Shown: piece after piece, positions 30,472 through 41,599 of the stretch
Layout of the letters: every line of letters begins with the position of its first letter
Position numbering within the stretch: position 1 is the stretch's first letter
NCBI GenBank assembly: GCA_902599555.1
Contig: CACKFQ010000004.1
Span: 44,454 to 108,453 of the forward strand
Direction of reading: 5' to 3'
Length of the DNA stretch: 64,000 nucleotides
Source of the DNA: an uncultured Candidatus Actinomarina sp.
Lineage (GTDB): Bacteria; Actinomycetota; Acidimicrobiia; Actinomarinales; Actinomarinaceae
Translations under genes and position numbers: made by a program
Notes under the pieces: generated by a model
What the model saw: the letters and a program-made list of their open reading frames with translations, nothing else
The model's database searches: none
What the model was told of the DNA's origin: nothing

Positions 30472-31518
30472 TTATAGAATAATTAAATCGTCTTTATGAA
30501 TTAATACACTACTTTCACCAACTGCAGAACTATCAATTTTCGCAATACCCTTAGCGACAATTTTTTGATTAAAAACAATTGATAATCCATCTCCAATTTT
30601 GAAAGAGTTGTCGACACTAACAACTCCTTTTGATAAAAGTGAAGCGTTCTTTAAAAGTGCATTGGCTGCACCTTCATCAATAAATACATTAGATACCGGA
30701 GCCATCCCATATGCAATCCAAAGCTTTCTAAGCCTAATTTTCTTATTTGAGGCAGTAATATAGGTTCCAACTTTCTCATTTGAAATTGCCTTCGATAAAT
30801 TAGATTTTGACCAAGAAATTATATGTGTTGGTATACCGGAAAAACCAGAGATTTGTGATGCCATAATTTTTGTTGAAAATCCTCCCATGCCTTCTCCAGC
30901 CTTCGAAAGAGGTATTAATTCGTTAAGTTGATTGGAGTCGTATTCAATGTAATCTATTTTTTTTGCATCTTTATTCTTATCCGGATTGAAATTATACAAC
31001 CCCTCTTTATTAGTAATAATTATAAGTTTTTCCGCATTAACAATTATTGAAACTATTGCAGAGAGTCTATCGTTATCACCAAACTTTAACTCTTCAGTGG
31101 CTACAACGTCATTTTCATTTATCACTGGAATAATTCCCTGTGACAACAATTCATTTAATGCTTGTGTTGTGTTAACAAATTGTTCTCTATCATCTATCAA
31201 ATTTTTGGTAATTAAAACTTGTGCAATATTCATTTTTTTATCTTTAAAAATTTTTTCATACTGATTAATCAATTCAATTTGACCAACTGCTGATGCAACC
31301 TGAAGTCTTTTTAAAGATTTGGGTCTACTTTTATAATTTAATTTTGTTGCACCAAGACCAACAGCACCAGAGGTAACAACAACAAAATTAAATTTATTTT
31401 TATTTTCGATTATTAACTCGGCCAAGCTTTTTAATAAACTTATATCAACATTATCATTTTTAATAATTGAAGTAGTTCCAATTTTTATTACTATGTTTTT
31501 TTTATTGTTTGTATTCAA
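30472..31518 (-). CDS. proB: Glutamate 5-kinase (with C-terminal PUA domain)
   Basis: 348 aa with IVIKIGTTSI, VTSGAVGLG and NENDVVATEELKFGDNDRLSA. Confidence 0.94.
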   Translation of the reverse strand: MNTNNKKNIVIKIGTTSIIKNDNVDISLLKSLAELIIENKNKFNFVVVTSGAVGLGATKLNYKSRPKSLKRLQVASAVGQIELINQYEKIFKDKKMNIAQVLITKNLIDDREQFVNTTQALNELLSQGIIPVINENDVVATEELKFGDNDRLSAIVSIIVNAEKLIIITNKEGLYNFNPDKNKDAKKIDYIEYDSNQLNELIPLSKAGEGMGGFSTKIMASQISGFSGIPTHIISWSKSNLSKAISNEKVGTYITASNKKIRLRKLWIAYGMAPVSNVFIDEGAANALLKNASLLSKGVVSVDNSFKIGDGLSIVFNQKIVAKGIAKIDSSAVGESSVLIHKDDLIIL

Positions 31519-32701
31519 ATTCTAAATTTCCTAACACAATTGTATCACCATCAATTGCACCCATTTCATTAATTTCACTGGAAAGAACAGATTTTTCGAA
31601 TCTAATAAATATCTCATCTAAGACACTATCTTTGTTTCCAGAAATGTTGATCATATTCGTGACTAATTCACCAGAACAAATGAATTGATTTTCTATTTTT
31701 TCTATAAAGTAATCTTCTTGCTCTAAAACTATTTTATGAAACTCAGAATAAATAATAGGTAATTCCTCTTTAAATTCTTCCAGAATTTTGCTGACTAATT
31801 TATCAATTCCATTCTCATTTAAACACGATATATTTAGATATTTCTTATTCGTTGTAGAGAGTTGATCTGATTTGTTAATAACTATAAGTTTTTTAATAGA
31901 TTGATAATTTTCATCAAATTTATAAAGTTCATTTTCAAGCATTGAAATTTGCGAACTTATATTAAATTTGTCATTTATTGGATCAATTAAGTAAATTATA
32001 AATTTAGTATTTCTCAAATGCTTTAGTACTCTCCTACCCATTCCTACGCCGTCTGAAGCACCTTCTAATAACCCAGGTAGGTCACAAATAGTTATCAATG
32101 ATTCAGAATTATTTAAAACACCAATATTTGGACTAGTTGTTGTAAACTCGTAATCGCCAATTTTTGCTTTAGAGTTAGTTAACTTTTGAATTAGTGTACT
32201 CTTGCCTGCGTTAGGCAGTCCAATTATTGAAATGTCTGAATAAAGACTATAACTTAGTTTGACATCAAGTGATTTTCTTTTTATTCCTTGTTCGCAGATT
32301 TGTGGATTAGGATTTCGTTTTGAGATCAATTCATAATTTCCTCTACCACCTTTTGAACCTGTTATTAATTCATAAGAAGAGTTATTGTCATGAAGGTCAG
32401 CATACAGTTCATCATCAATAAAAACTTGGGTTCCTTTTGGCACTTCTATAATTAGATTTTCGCCTGAGGTACCATTTTGAAAATTTTTGTTACCTGGTCC
32501 ACCATTTTCAGCTTTAAGGGAACTATTCGACATTACGTGAGATAAGTCAGGCAATTCTTTATTAACCTGCAATATAACACTACCGCCATCTCCACCTGAA
32601 CCGCCAGATGGTTTAGTTTTAGAGTTTAGATTATTGAAGCTAACAGAGCCTGGTCCTCCAGCTCCAGATGAGACTGAAAGCTTGATTTCATCAACGAACA
32701 T
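31502..32701 (-). CDS. obg: GTPase Obg/CgtA
   Basis: MFVDEIKLSVSSGAGGPGSVSF glycine-rich Obg fold, G-domain GLPNAGKST, and an OCT-like C-terminal domain. Confidence 0.94.
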   Translation of the reverse strand: MFVDEIKLSVSSGAGGPGSVSFNNLNSKTKPSGGSGGDGGSVILQVNKELPDLSHVMSNSSLKAENGGPGNKNFQNGTSGENLIIEVPKGTQVFIDDELYADLHDNNSSYELITGSKGGRGNYELISKRNPNPQICEQGIKRKSLDVKLSYSLYSDISIIGLPNAGKSTLIQKLTNSKAKIGDYEFTTTSPNIGVLNNSESLITICDLPGLLEGASDGVGMGRRVLKHLRNTKFIIYLIDPINDKFNISSQISMLENELYKFDENYQSIKKLIVINKSDQLSTTNKKYLNISCLNENGIDKLVSKILEEFKEELPIIYSEFHKIVLEQEDYFIEKIENQFICSGELVTNMINISGNKDSVLDEIFIRFEKSVLSSEINEMGAIDGDTIVLGNLEFEYKQ

Positions 32702-32705
32702 TGGC

Positions 32706-32957
32706 TCATTTTGGAATTACATTAACTAATTTTCTACCATTTCTTGTAGAAAATTTTACAACACCGTCTGTTTTTGCAAAGAGAGTATCGTCTCCACCTT
32801 TTGATACATTTTCTCCTGGATGAATTTTTGTACCTCTTTGTCTAACTACAATCGAGCCAGCAGATATATTTTCACCATCATAAACTTTAGTACCGAGGCG
32901 TTTGGACTCTGAATCTCTACCATTCCTGGTTGAACCACCAGCTTTTGTTTTAGACAT
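32706..32957 (-). CDS. rpmA: 50S ribosomal protein L27
   Basis: [22 protein letters not shown]... Confidence 0.96.
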   Translation of the reverse strand: MSKTKAGGSTRNGRDSESKRLGTKVYDGENISAGSIVVRQRGTKIHPGENVSKGGDDTLFAKTDGVVKFSTRNGRKLVNVIPK

Positions 32958-33283
32958 TATTCCTCCTCAGCGCTTTCAAGTCCTTGAATACTCTTAACTT
33001 TAACAATTTTTGAGTTTTCTCTATATCCAACTCTTCTTCTGTTTCCAGTTTTGTTTTTATATTGAAAAATGTTAATCTTTTTGGATTTTGAAGCAGAAAG
33101 ATGCTCCAATTCAACTTTATAGTTTTTTAGTTCTTTATCATCAATAACTATTTGGCCTTTTCTAGGGCTAACTAATACAGGAATCACAGTTTTTTCTGCA
33201 AAAGAAGATGAAACAGAAAACTCATCCCCAACACTAACTCTTTCTTGGGATGATCCAACTTTAATAACAGCATATTTACTCAT
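32957..33283 (-). CDS. rplU: 50S ribosomal protein L21
   Basis: [16 protein letters not shown]..., with rplU-rpmA-obg synteny. Confidence 0.94.
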   Translation of the reverse strand: MSKYAVIKVGSSQERVSVGDEFSVSSSFAEKTVIPVLVSPRKGQIVIDDKELKNYKVELEHLSASKSKKINIFQYKNKTGNRRRVGYRENSKIVKVKSIQGLESAEEE

Positions 33284-33361
33284 AACTCAATTACTCTACT
33301 ACAGCCTCGCACTCAATCAAGCTTTCTTCTGTACTTTTGTTAGCAAAAATATCATTAATCA

Positions 33362-34750
33362 TTAGACCTCTACCGTTGAATCTTTCTCATTTTTCTGAAA
33401 AACTTCTACGAGACCGACTCCTACTCTCTTTCTAGTCATTTCTACTAATCCGAGTCTAGATATTTCAAATACCTGTGTTCTTGTCTTGTCTTTAGCTAAT
33501 TCCTGCTTGAATCTATTTAAAAGACTTTGTTGTTTTTTGGTTGACTCCATATCAATAAAATCTATCACTATAATTCCGCCAATATCTCGAAGTCTTAACT
33601 GTCTTGCAATTTCTTCTGCAGCTTCTAAATTATTTTCATATACAGTTTCCTCAAGACTATTTTTTCCAACAAATTTTCCAGTATTTACATCAACAACAGT
33701 TAGTGCTTCTGTTTTGTCAATAATAAGATGTCCACCTGATGGCAGCCAGACTTTCCTATCTAGAGCCTTTTTTATTTGGTCTTCAATGTGGTACCTTTCA
33801 AATAGCATTAGTTCATCTTGATAAAAGTCAACAATATCGCTTATTTCAGGAGAAGTAGCTGAAACATAATTTTTGATTTCATCAAATTGATCTTTTCTAT
33901 CAATTAAAAGCTTTACAAATGTAGAGTTAAAGTGTTCTCGAATTACTTTTATAGTAACATCTGGCTCTTGATGAATTAATTTTGGAGCATCACCGCTTTT
34001 GTAATTACTAACAACATCCCACTCTTCAATAAGTTTTTCTATATCAACTTGTAGTGCTTTTTCACTCACTCCCTCGGCAGCAGTTCTTACAATAACTCCA
34101 AAATTTTCAGGTTTAAGCTTACGAATAATTTTGTTTAACCTACTTCTCTCATTATCAGATAGTCTTCTAGATATTCCCTTTGTTCTAGAGTTTGGAATTA
34201 ACACTAAATATCTTCCTGGGAGGGAGATTTGGCCAGTTAACCTTGCCCCTTTTTCCCCGATAGCATCTTTGACTACTTGTACTAAAATTTCTTGATCAGG
34301 TTTTAGTAAATTTTCAATTTTTGAATTTTTATATGAACCCTCTATATCAGCAACGTACAATACACCATTTTTTTCTTCACCAAAAGAAACAAATGCTGCT
34401 TCCATTCCAGGTAAAACATTTTTTACTTTTCCAAGGTAAATGTTACCAACTTTAGACTTAGCTTCTGATGTATAGTATTGAACTAAAGTTGGCCCTTCAA
34501 GAATAGCTACCTTAGACACCCCGTCTTTTGTGCTAATAAGCATCTGCTTTTTTTCTACTTCTGGAACTGGTAATGGTTGTTCTCTAAACCAAGTTGGATT
34601 CTTATCTTTAAAATCTTTATTTTTTTGAGAACCTGAGCGAGTAGTCCCAGATTTTATTTTTACTTTTTGGCCATTAAACCATTTAGTTTTTGTATTGTCC
34701 AAGTTGTCGCTTTTGCGAACAATCTTTGACTTTTTGAACATACCAAACAT
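33362..34750 (-). CDS. Ribonuclease E/G family endoribonuclease, minimal catalytic form
   Basis: 462 aa with S1 motif GNIYLGKVKNVLPGMEAAFVSFG and DNase-I-like/Zn-link regions. It has a ~65-aa Lys/Arg-rich N-terminal tail and no long C-terminal scaffold. Confidence 0.9.
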   Translation of the reverse strand: MFGMFKKSKIVRKSDNLDNTKTKWFNGQKVKIKSGTTRSGSQKNKDFKDKNPTWFREQPLPVPEVEKKQMLISTKDGVSKVAILEGPTLVQYYTSEAKSKVGNIYLGKVKNVLPGMEAAFVSFGEEKNGVLYVADIEGSYKNSKIENLLKPDQEILVQVVKDAIGEKGARLTGQISLPGRYLVLIPNSRTKGISRRLSDNERSRLNKIIRKLKPENFGVIVRTAAEGVSEKALQVDIEKLIEEWDVVSNYKSGDAPKLIHQEPDVTIKVIREHFNSTFVKLLIDRKDQFDEIKNYVSATSPEISDIVDFYQDELMLFERYHIEDQIKKALDRKVWLPSGGHLIIDKTEALTVVDVNTGKFVGKNSLEETVYENNLEAAEEIARQLRLRDIGGIIVIDFIDMESTKKQQSLLNRFKQELAKDKTRTQVFEISRLGLVEMTRKRVGVGLVEVFQKNEKDSTVEV

Positions 34751-34812
34751 TAAAACCTCCGAGATGACGAATATATAAATTAAACATGATTTAAGAATAC
34801 TAGATTTAAAAA

Positions 34813-35895
34813 TTAAACAACTATGTTGTTCTCAATGAAAACTCTATTAATTAATCCAAATATTATTGCGGTTGAAAATATTGATGATCCTCCAAGGCTT
34901 AGAAGTGGAAAAGGTATTCCAGTCAAAGGAATAAATCCAAGAATAGTTAACAAATTTATAAATATTTGAACACCTAGGAGAATTAATAATCCTGAAAGTA
35001 GATATTTTTCAAACTCAATTTGAGTAATTTTAATTATTCTATTTACCCTAAAGAAAAATAGGATCCATAGAGATAGAAGCAATAAATCTCCAAGAAAACC
35101 AAAATTTCTTGAATAAAGAGAAAAAATAAAGTCTGTAGTTTGCACAGGTACAAATACATTTGTTATTTGTGAATTAGTAAAATAAGTTCCGAACAAACCT
35201 CCTGAAGAGATTGAAAGTCTGCTTTGCTTTTGGGAAAAGTCATCACCAGAAAAGAAATCTGTAATTCTTGATACTTGATAATCACCTATAAAATTCATTT
35301 CTAAAAGAATAAAAAATAAAAGAAAAAGTGTTAACAACCCTAAAACAGCACTCCTAAGTTTAATATCAGACATAAAAAACATGAAAGAAGTGACTATTAA
35401 AAGCAACATCGTTGTTCCTAAATCAGGTTGTATAAAAATTAAAAGTAAATTTATTAGAACCCCTATTATAGCAATTAACTTATAAGACTTTTGGCTGAGT
35501 ATTTTTGCTAGGAACAAAACTAAAATAATTTTGCTGAATTCTGATGGCTGAATAAAAATTGGTAATCCAATTGGTTCTAAATCATACCATCTTCTTACAC
35601 CAAGTATTGGTGTGGTGAAAAGTAGGCCTATTAAGACAGAAATAGAAAGTATAAATAATGAATTTATTAAATTATATAAGTTCTCAATTGAAAGATACGT
35701 CGTTAAAAAAAATACAATTATCCCTATTAAAGAAAACACTATTTGTCTCGATAAAATATTTGTTGTTTCAAATTCAATTGACTCAATAGAGCTGAATAAT
35801 GTAAACCATGAAATGACACTAAATAACATAAACTGGAGAAGAATATATAAGTTTGTTCCTTCTGGGCCTAATATTGTAATTTTTCGATTAATCAT
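34813..35895 (-). CDS. rodA: SEDS peptidoglycan glycosyltransferase RodA
   Basis: 360 aa polytopic FtsW/RodA/SpoVE family protein, immediately downstream of PBP2. Confidence 0.88.
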   Translation of the reverse strand: MINRKITILGPEGTNLYILLQFMLFSVISWFTLFSSIESIEFETTNILSRQIVFSLIGIIVFFLTTYLSIENLYNLINSLFILSISVLIGLLFTTPILGVRRWYDLEPIGLPIFIQPSEFSKIILVLFLAKILSQKSYKLIAIIGVLINLLLIFIQPDLGTTMLLLIVTSFMFFMSDIKLRSAVLGLLTLFLLFFILLEMNFIGDYQVSRITDFFSGDDFSQKQSRLSISSGGLFGTYFTNSQITNVFVPVQTTDFIFSLYSRNFGFLGDLLLLSLWILFFFRVNRIIKITQIEFEKYLLSGLLILLGVQIFINLLTILGFIPLTGIPFPLLSLGGSSIFSTAIIFGLINRVFIENNIVV

Positions 35896-37730
35896 TCTGT
35901 AATTTCTCCGAATTCCACTGGAGTTAGTTCATATTCACGTAAATGCTGAATAATTCTTCGAGAAACTGGTGCAGCGACCGCACTTCCAGATCCGCCCTCG
36001 TCGACAACTGTAACAATAATATATTTTGGATTACTTATAGAATCAACTCCAACAAACCAAGAAGTATTATTTTTATCACCAGCATTTTGTGCTGTTCCTG
36101 TTTTTCCACCAATGTCATTTACTTTGTTTCCCAATATACTAAATGAAACATAGGCTGTTCCACCTTTATTAGTAACTGTGTTTAAGTCTTTTAAAAGAAA
36201 TGAAATAAATTCATCACTCACATTTATTTTGTTATTTGTTATCTTTTCTGCATTTACGTTTATTGTCGGCGATAAGTTTTCTCCAGTTAGTAAAGTTCTA
36301 TATGCATTTGCAACCTGAAGAGGAGTGGTCGTTATAGCTCCTTGACCAATGATTAAGTTCATTAAATCTCCACCTAACCATCCCTCTTCTCTCACAAGGC
36401 CTGGTCTAGATATCTTCCACTCCTCGAAAAGATTTCTATCAGGAATGATTCCAACCTTTTCAAATGGTAAGTCAACATTTGTTTTCTCACTAAAGCCTAA
36501 TTCTTTAGAGTACTCCTGAAGAATTGACTCTCCTTCTGTATTACCAAAATTTCTCCATATATTTAAAGCTATGTCCCAAAAGTACACATTACATGACTGT
36601 TTAATCGCATCGGTAAGGTCTACTTTTCCGTGGCCCTCAAGTTTCCAGTCGTTATAAACTTGCTGGGATCCGTCATCAAATCCAAATGAAAGACTTCCTT
36701 CACAATCAACTTTTGAATCTTTGTTGTTTAAGCCCTCAGGAAATATATTTTCACTTAGTGCTAACCAGTAAGCAACAACTTTAAATACTGAACCTGGAGG
36801 ATAAAGGCCTTGGATTGCAAAATTATTAAAAGCTTGATCTCTATCGAGCTGCTTGTATTCAAAGTCACTTATGCCAGATACAAACTTGTTAGGATTGAAA
36901 TCAGGTAAAGAAACCATGGAAATAATATTCCCAGTTTCAATGTCTAAAACCACAGATGCACCTCTTTTAATTTCATTTATTGACTCAAAACTCTTATTTG
37001 CTAAATCTATGCCCTGTTGTAATGATTCTTTTGTAACTAACTGAGTTGAAGAATCAATTGATAAAAATAAATCCCTACCAGGAATTGGTTGTTTTGAGTC
37101 TATAATCTCAGAACCTAAAAAAGTTAATTCACCTGGAATTCCAGATAAATAGTCTTCGTAATATCTCTCTAATCCATTTTTGCCAACCTGATTATTGCCC
37201 AATGCATTTTGAAAAATATTAAACTCATCTTGATTTGGTATTCCTAAATATCCGATTGTGTGAGCAAAAAGTTCATTTTTAATATAGCTTCTTATTGGTA
37301 AATCAATAATTAAAAAAGCATCAAAATTAGTTAATAGATTATTTCTAACCTCATATTCAATAGACGAGAGGTTGGTAACAAATTGTAAAATTTCCTTACT
37401 TTGAAATATTTCATTAATTTCTCTGGTTGTTAAATCTGGAAAATTATATTGAATAATTTGTGTGTAGCTGGAGGAGTTCTCATTAGTTATTTTTCTCATG
37501 TTTATAAATAAATGAGGTTCTAATTTGGTTTCAGCTATTTTATCTCCATTTGCATCAAATATTTCACCTCTTGGTGCTGTAATATAAAATTTATCTAAAT
37601 TTTGCTGGTCAATAATTTCAGACGTTAACTGGAATTCGGTTGTTTGAAGTTGAAAGATTTCAAACAAAATAAATACCAATAAAATAAAAAAAGCAATAAA
37701 AGTAAATTTAAGTCTTATTTGGTTAAACAT
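35892..37730 (-). CDS. mrdA: Penicillin-binding protein 2 (class B transpeptidase)
   Basis: 612 aa with SxxK (GSVFK), SxN (SCN) and KTG (GKTGTAQ) motifs. Confidence 0.92.
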   Translation of the reverse strand: MFNQIRLKFTFIAFFILLVFILFEIFQLQTTEFQLTSEIIDQQNLDKFYITAPRGEIFDANGDKIAETKLEPHLFINMRKITNENSSSYTQIIQYNFPDLTTREINEIFQSKEILQFVTNLSSIEYEVRNNLLTNFDAFLIIDLPIRSYIKNELFAHTIGYLGIPNQDEFNIFQNALGNNQVGKNGLERYYEDYLSGIPGELTFLGSEIIDSKQPIPGRDLFLSIDSSTQLVTKESLQQGIDLANKSFESINEIKRGASVVLDIETGNIISMVSLPDFNPNKFVSGISDFEYKQLDRDQAFNNFAIQGLYPPGSVFKVVAYWLALSENIFPEGLNNKDSKVDCEGSLSFGFDDGSQQVYNDWKLEGHGKVDLTDAIKQSCNVYFWDIALNIWRNFGNTEGESILQEYSKELGFSEKTNVDLPFEKVGIIPDRNLFEEWKISRPGLVREEGWLGGDLMNLIIGQGAITTTPLQVANAYRTLLTGENLSPTINVNAEKITNNKINVSDEFISFLLKDLNTVTNKGGTAYVSFSILGNKVNDIGGKTGTAQNAGDKNNTSWFVGVDSISNPKYIIVTVVDEGGSGSAVAAPVSRRIIQHLREYELTPVEFGEITE

Positions 37731-38175
37731 TTTTTCTTAAAGCTCTTTTTAAGGAGAAAAAAATTAATGAATTTACAATAATAGAAGTGAAATAACCTGA
37801 TAACCAGTAATCCAAGTCAAACTCTATAATAATTGGAATTTTATATATCAATAAACATAATGAAATAGTGGTTACGTATATGACATTTGATCGACTGTAT
37901 CTCGATAATACATAATTAGACAAAATAACCACAACTAAGAATATTGATGTATTTAGTCCCAAATAGTAAGTACTAAAAAAAGAGTCATACAAGATTCCTG
38001 TTAAGAAAATTGGGATAACTAGATTTTGATTAAATAATTCAGTTCCAATATATAAAAGTGAAATTAAGAATACATAAACTCCAAAATCTAAAGAAATAAA
38101 TGTATTCAGATAATTTTCGAACAAACAAAGAATAAAAAGAAAAGTGGATATTGAAATTAGTCTTATTACTTTCAT
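37723..38175 (-). CDS. mreD: Rod shape-determining protein MreD
   Basis: 150 aa hydrophobic protein between mreC and pbp2. Call rests on synteny. Confidence 0.7.
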   Translation of the reverse strand: MKVIRLISISTFLFILCLFENYLNTFISLDFGVYVFLISLLYIGTELFNQNLVIPIFLTGILYDSFFSTYYLGLNTSIFLVVVILSNYVLSRYSRSNVIYVTTISLCLLIYKIPIIIEFDLDYWLSGYFTSIIVNSLIFFSLKRALRKNV

Positions 38176-38963
38176 TTACTTTTAGGGATGAATAATTTAC
38201 TTTGGAAAGTCAGCATTTCCTCTATTGGTACTATTACTATTAATTTGTTATTTAACTTTGTTTGTTCATAAGATTCTAAATCGAAAAGTGGAAACTTGTT
38301 TATATGCCCAAATGTAATATCTGAATATAACATTCCAACTTTTGAATTCAATGTTGATTCTAGAGAACTAAATATTAACTCTTTACCATTTGAATTGACC
38401 TCAAAAATGTTGTTGTTTTCATCTAATGCTCTAAAGTTAAAATTTGTAGAATTGAATGATTCAAGTATTGAATAATCATTAAAAACTTCTCCTAAATAAC
38501 CAACAACATATCCTGTCTCATTTATCACTAGATCCCCAGGCTCGAAATTGTAGTCTCTCCCACCTGTAATTAGATACTCGTCTGTCGAGTTTTTTAAAAT
38601 TAAGCTTGTTGCATAGTATGTTAATTCAAAGTCACTAATATTTTTTATAAGAAGGTCATAAGACTCAATATTATCCTGTAATTCTTGATTCTCTACATAC
38701 AACACTCTCAAATTAGAGAGCTCTTCTTTTAATCTTATATTTTCTGCGACTAAATCCGCTCTACTTGAAGATAACCTAGAAAATTCATTTTGCAGTAATC
38801 TGTCAGGTATTTGGAAATTGGAAATTAAATTCACTTGTTCCGGAATAAAATTTGATAATGATTTATTAGAAAAATAGTCAACAGCACTTAATAAACCTGA
38901 AAGAAAAATAAAAAGAAAATAAACTACATATTTTCTTATACCAACAACTTGAGTACTTTGCAT
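38172..38963 (-). CDS. mreC: Rod shape-determining protein MreC
   Basis: 263 aa with an N-terminal TM, a coiled-coil (ENIRLKEELSNLR) and a beta-barrel part (GDLVINETGYVVG). Sits in mreBCD synteny. Confidence 0.82.
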   Translation of the reverse strand: MQSTQVVGIRKYVVYFLFIFLSGLLSAVDYFSNKSLSNFIPEQVNLISNFQIPDRLLQNEFSRLSSSRADLVAENIRLKEELSNLRVLYVENQELQDNIESYDLLIKNISDFELTYYATSLILKNSTDEYLITGGRDYNFEPGDLVINETGYVVGYLGEVFNDYSILESFNSTNFNFRALDENNNIFEVNSNGKELIFSSLESTLNSKVGMLYSDITFGHINKFPLFDLESYEQTKLNNKLIVIVPIEEMLTFQSKLFIPKSK

Positions 38964-38964
38964 A

Positions 38965-40008
38965 TTAATTAGGTTTTGGGGATAATTTCAAAATACTTTT
39001 GTAGTCTTGAAATCTCTCTAAGCATATACCAGAACCAATTACAACTGAACTTAATGGATCATCAGTATTGTTAATTGGGATACCTAACTCTTCAGCTATT
39101 TTTTTATCCATTTGCTTTAATAGAGATCCTCCACCCGTAAGCCATGCTCCATCCTTGTCAATATCTGAAACCAAGGCAGGTGGAGTTTGTGAAAGAGATA
39201 TTCTAATAGCTTCAATAATATCATTTACGACTGGTTGTAAGGCATTCCTAACATCACTTGCCTCTAGTAATACTTGCTTGGGTATACCTCTTACAATATC
39301 TCTTCCAGTTACTGTTACTTGAGGCTCTTTATCATATTGATAAGCTGAGCCAACTGCATGTTTAATATTTTCTGCGATACCAGTATCTACAAGTATTTGA
39401 TGTTCTCTCCTCAACCATTCAATTAATATCTCTGTCATATCTTCACCACCAACCCTAACAGAGTTGGCGTTGACTATATCCCCCATTGATATGACTGCTA
39501 TTTCAGTTGTGCCACCCCCTATGTCTACAATCATGTTGCCATATGGCTCAAAAATATTTAAACCACTGCCTATCGCTGCTGCCATAGGTTCTTCTATTGT
39601 GAAAACTTCAGATGCACCTGTGGCATGAGCTGCTGTTTCAATTGATCTTTGCTCAACACTTGTAACACCATTGGGAACACATATCACAATTCTAGGTCTT
39701 GAATAAGCACGTCCTATTGCCCTTGATAGTAAGGTTTTAACAAGTTCCTCTGCCATTTCAATTTCAGATATCACACCATCCCGCAATGGCCTAACAAGCT
39801 CAATAGTATCTGGAACTCTTCCGATTAATTTTTTTGCCTCTCGGCCAATAGTGATGATCGAGTTATCGCTTTTATTTACAGCAAGAAGTGTGGGCTCATC
39901 AACTACAACTCCTACCCCTTTTACATATATAAGAGTGTTGGCAGTGCCTAAGTCAATAGCAATATCATTGCCACCAAATAATGTTCTTCGTAAATTTAAG
40001 TCAACCAT
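38965..40008 (-). CDS. mreB: Actin-like rod shape protein MreB
   Basis: 347 aa with DLGTANTLIY and DIGGGTTEIAVIS ATPase motifs. Confidence 0.96.
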   Translation of the reverse strand: MVDLNLRRTLFGGNDIAIDLGTANTLIYVKGVGVVVDEPTLLAVNKSDNSIITIGREAKKLIGRVPDTIELVRPLRDGVISEIEMAEELVKTLLSRAIGRAYSRPRIVICVPNGVTSVEQRSIETAAHATGASEVFTIEEPMAAAIGSGLNIFEPYGNMIVDIGGGTTEIAVISMGDIVNANSVRVGGEDMTEILIEWLRREHQILVDTGIAENIKHAVGSAYQYDKEPQVTVTGRDIVRGIPKQVLLEASDVRNALQPVVNDIIEAIRISLSQTPPALVSDIDKDGAWLTGGGSLLKQMDKKIAEELGIPINNTDDPLSSVVIGSGICLERFQDYKSILKLSPKPN

Positions 40009-40055
40009 GTACTAATAGAATAATCTAATAGTTGCTGTTTTTAAATATTTATTTA

Positions 40056-40451
40056 CTATCCAAAAAATAACGAAAGTTCTCTCTCAGCACTTTCGTCTGA
40101 ATCTGATCCATGAACAACATTTTTATCTAATTCAGTTGCTAAATCACCCCTAATTGAGCCGGGTGTTGATTCACTAGGATTAGTAGCTCCCATAAGGTTT
40201 CTGATTTGTGTAACTACATTTTCACCCTCAACCTGCATAGCAACAACTGGACCACTTATTATAAATGACACTAAATCATTAAAAAATGGTTTATCTTTAT
40301 GTTCCCCATAATGCTTCTCGGCTAATTCTTTAGAAATAGTCATCATTGTTATTTTTGTGATGGAAAATCCTTTGGCTTCAACTCTTGAAATAATTTCTCC
40401 AACTAAATTTCTTTGTACACCATCAGGCTTTATCATAAAAAACGTTTTCAT
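40056..40451 (-). CDS. ndk: Nucleoside diphosphate kinase
   Basis: [19 protein letters not shown]... and the active-site region NVVHGSDS. Confidence 0.96.
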   Translation of the reverse strand: MKTFFMIKPDGVQRNLVGEIISRVEAKGFSITKITMMTISKELAEKHYGEHKDKPFFNDLVSFIISGPVVAMQVEGENVVTQIRNLMGATNPSESTPGSIRGDLATELDKNVVHGSDSDESAERELSLFFG

Positions 40452-41599
40452 GTAATTATCCTTTTTTTATACTCTCCAATTAAATATAAACTACCTAGCA
40501 ATATAGAAGGATTCTTATTTGATGAAAAAGTACTAAGTTCAACGATTTTATAATCTATATTTTCACTTTTTAGAAAATCGATAAATTTATCAGGGTTTTG
40601 TTGATTAAAAAAAGTATTGTCCTCAATAAAATTTAACTTAAAATGTTTTTTTGCTTTTAAATAACTGATGATAATTTCTATGTTTTTCCCATTTTTAAAA
40701 CCCAGATACAAATGAGTATCTTCTAAATTAAATACTTTTTCATAGTCTTCTATAGTCTTTATAAACCCATCTATATTGTGTGCACCATCTAAGATTTTTA
40801 AAGGATTTCTATTAATAATTTCAAATCTTCCTTCTACAAATTCTTTATTAAAATCTAGAGGTATTTTCCTTATACTCGAACTTATTAAGAAATTTACGAT
40901 TAATGAAGCAAGTAAATAATTTATTTGATTTGATGTGAAATCCTTTGATTTACCATCAACAAAATCATTTAAGAAGTACTTAGAATTAAAATGTTTGTAA
41001 TTATTTTCTATCACTTTAATTAATTCATCGCTTAAATTACCAACAAATAAATTATCTATATTATTTGATATAAATATTTTTTGATCTAAAACTTCAAGGT
41101 CTGTATAACCGAGTAGTTCTTGATGATCTCTTCCAATATTTGTAAGTACAACATTTTTACTTTGAATGATAGAAGTCGTATCTAAAACTCCACCTATACC
41201 AGCCTCACATATGAAATAATCCATTTCATTATCTAAGAAAGCTTTACAAGCAATCAGAAAAAGAGTTTCAAAATAGCCTAAAGTTATATTGTTTTCGATC
41301 TCAAAATCATGAACGATTCTCGAAATATATTCAAAATTAATATTGCTATGAGATTGTATTCTCTCTTGAAAGTTCACTAGATGAGGTGAGGTAAACATCA
41401 AAACTTGCTTTTCTTCTTTGCCAAGCATATTATAAATAAAATTTGCTGTTGAAGTTTTACCATTTGTGCCGACAATAGCAATAGTCTTATCCATTAAATT
41501 TTCTAACTGATCTTTTGTAAAAAATCTATGAAGCGCTTCAAGATTCTTATTGTTGGTTAACCCAATTTTAGAATTTAAATATTCTTCTAATTCCTTCAA
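40448..41599 (-). CDS. folC: Folylpolyglutamate synthase/dihydrofolate synthase (short form)
   Basis: 383 aa with Mur-ligase P-loop [10 protein letters not shown]. Sits in valS-folC-ndk synteny. Confidence 0.85.
   Translation of the reverse strand: MKELEEYLNSKIGLTNNKNLEALHRFFTKDQLENLMDKTIAIVGTNGKTSTANFIYNMLGKEEKQVLMFTSPHLVNFQERIQSHSNINFEYISRIVHDFEIENNITLGYFETLFLIACKAFLDNEMDYFICEAGIGGVLDTTSIIQSKNVVLTNIGRDHQELLGYTDLEVLDQKIFISNNIDNLFVGNLSDELIKVIENNYKHFNSKYFLNDFVDGKSKDFTSNQINYLLASLIVNFLISSSIRKIPLDFNKEFVEGRFEIINRNPLKILDGAHNIDGFIKTIEDYEKVFNLEDTHLYLGFKNGKNIEIIISYLKAKKHFKLNFIEDNTFFNQQNPDKFIDFLKSENIDYKIVELSTFSSNKNPSILLGSLYLIGEYKKRIIT

Noticed and set aside
33284-33361. Possible ribosomal-protein L21 leader or rne-related RNA element upstream of rplU
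   Set aside because: I could not find a convincing conserved stem-loop by eye. The 78-nt spacer is compatible with just a promoter or RBS. Any claim here would need a covariance-model search (Rfam).
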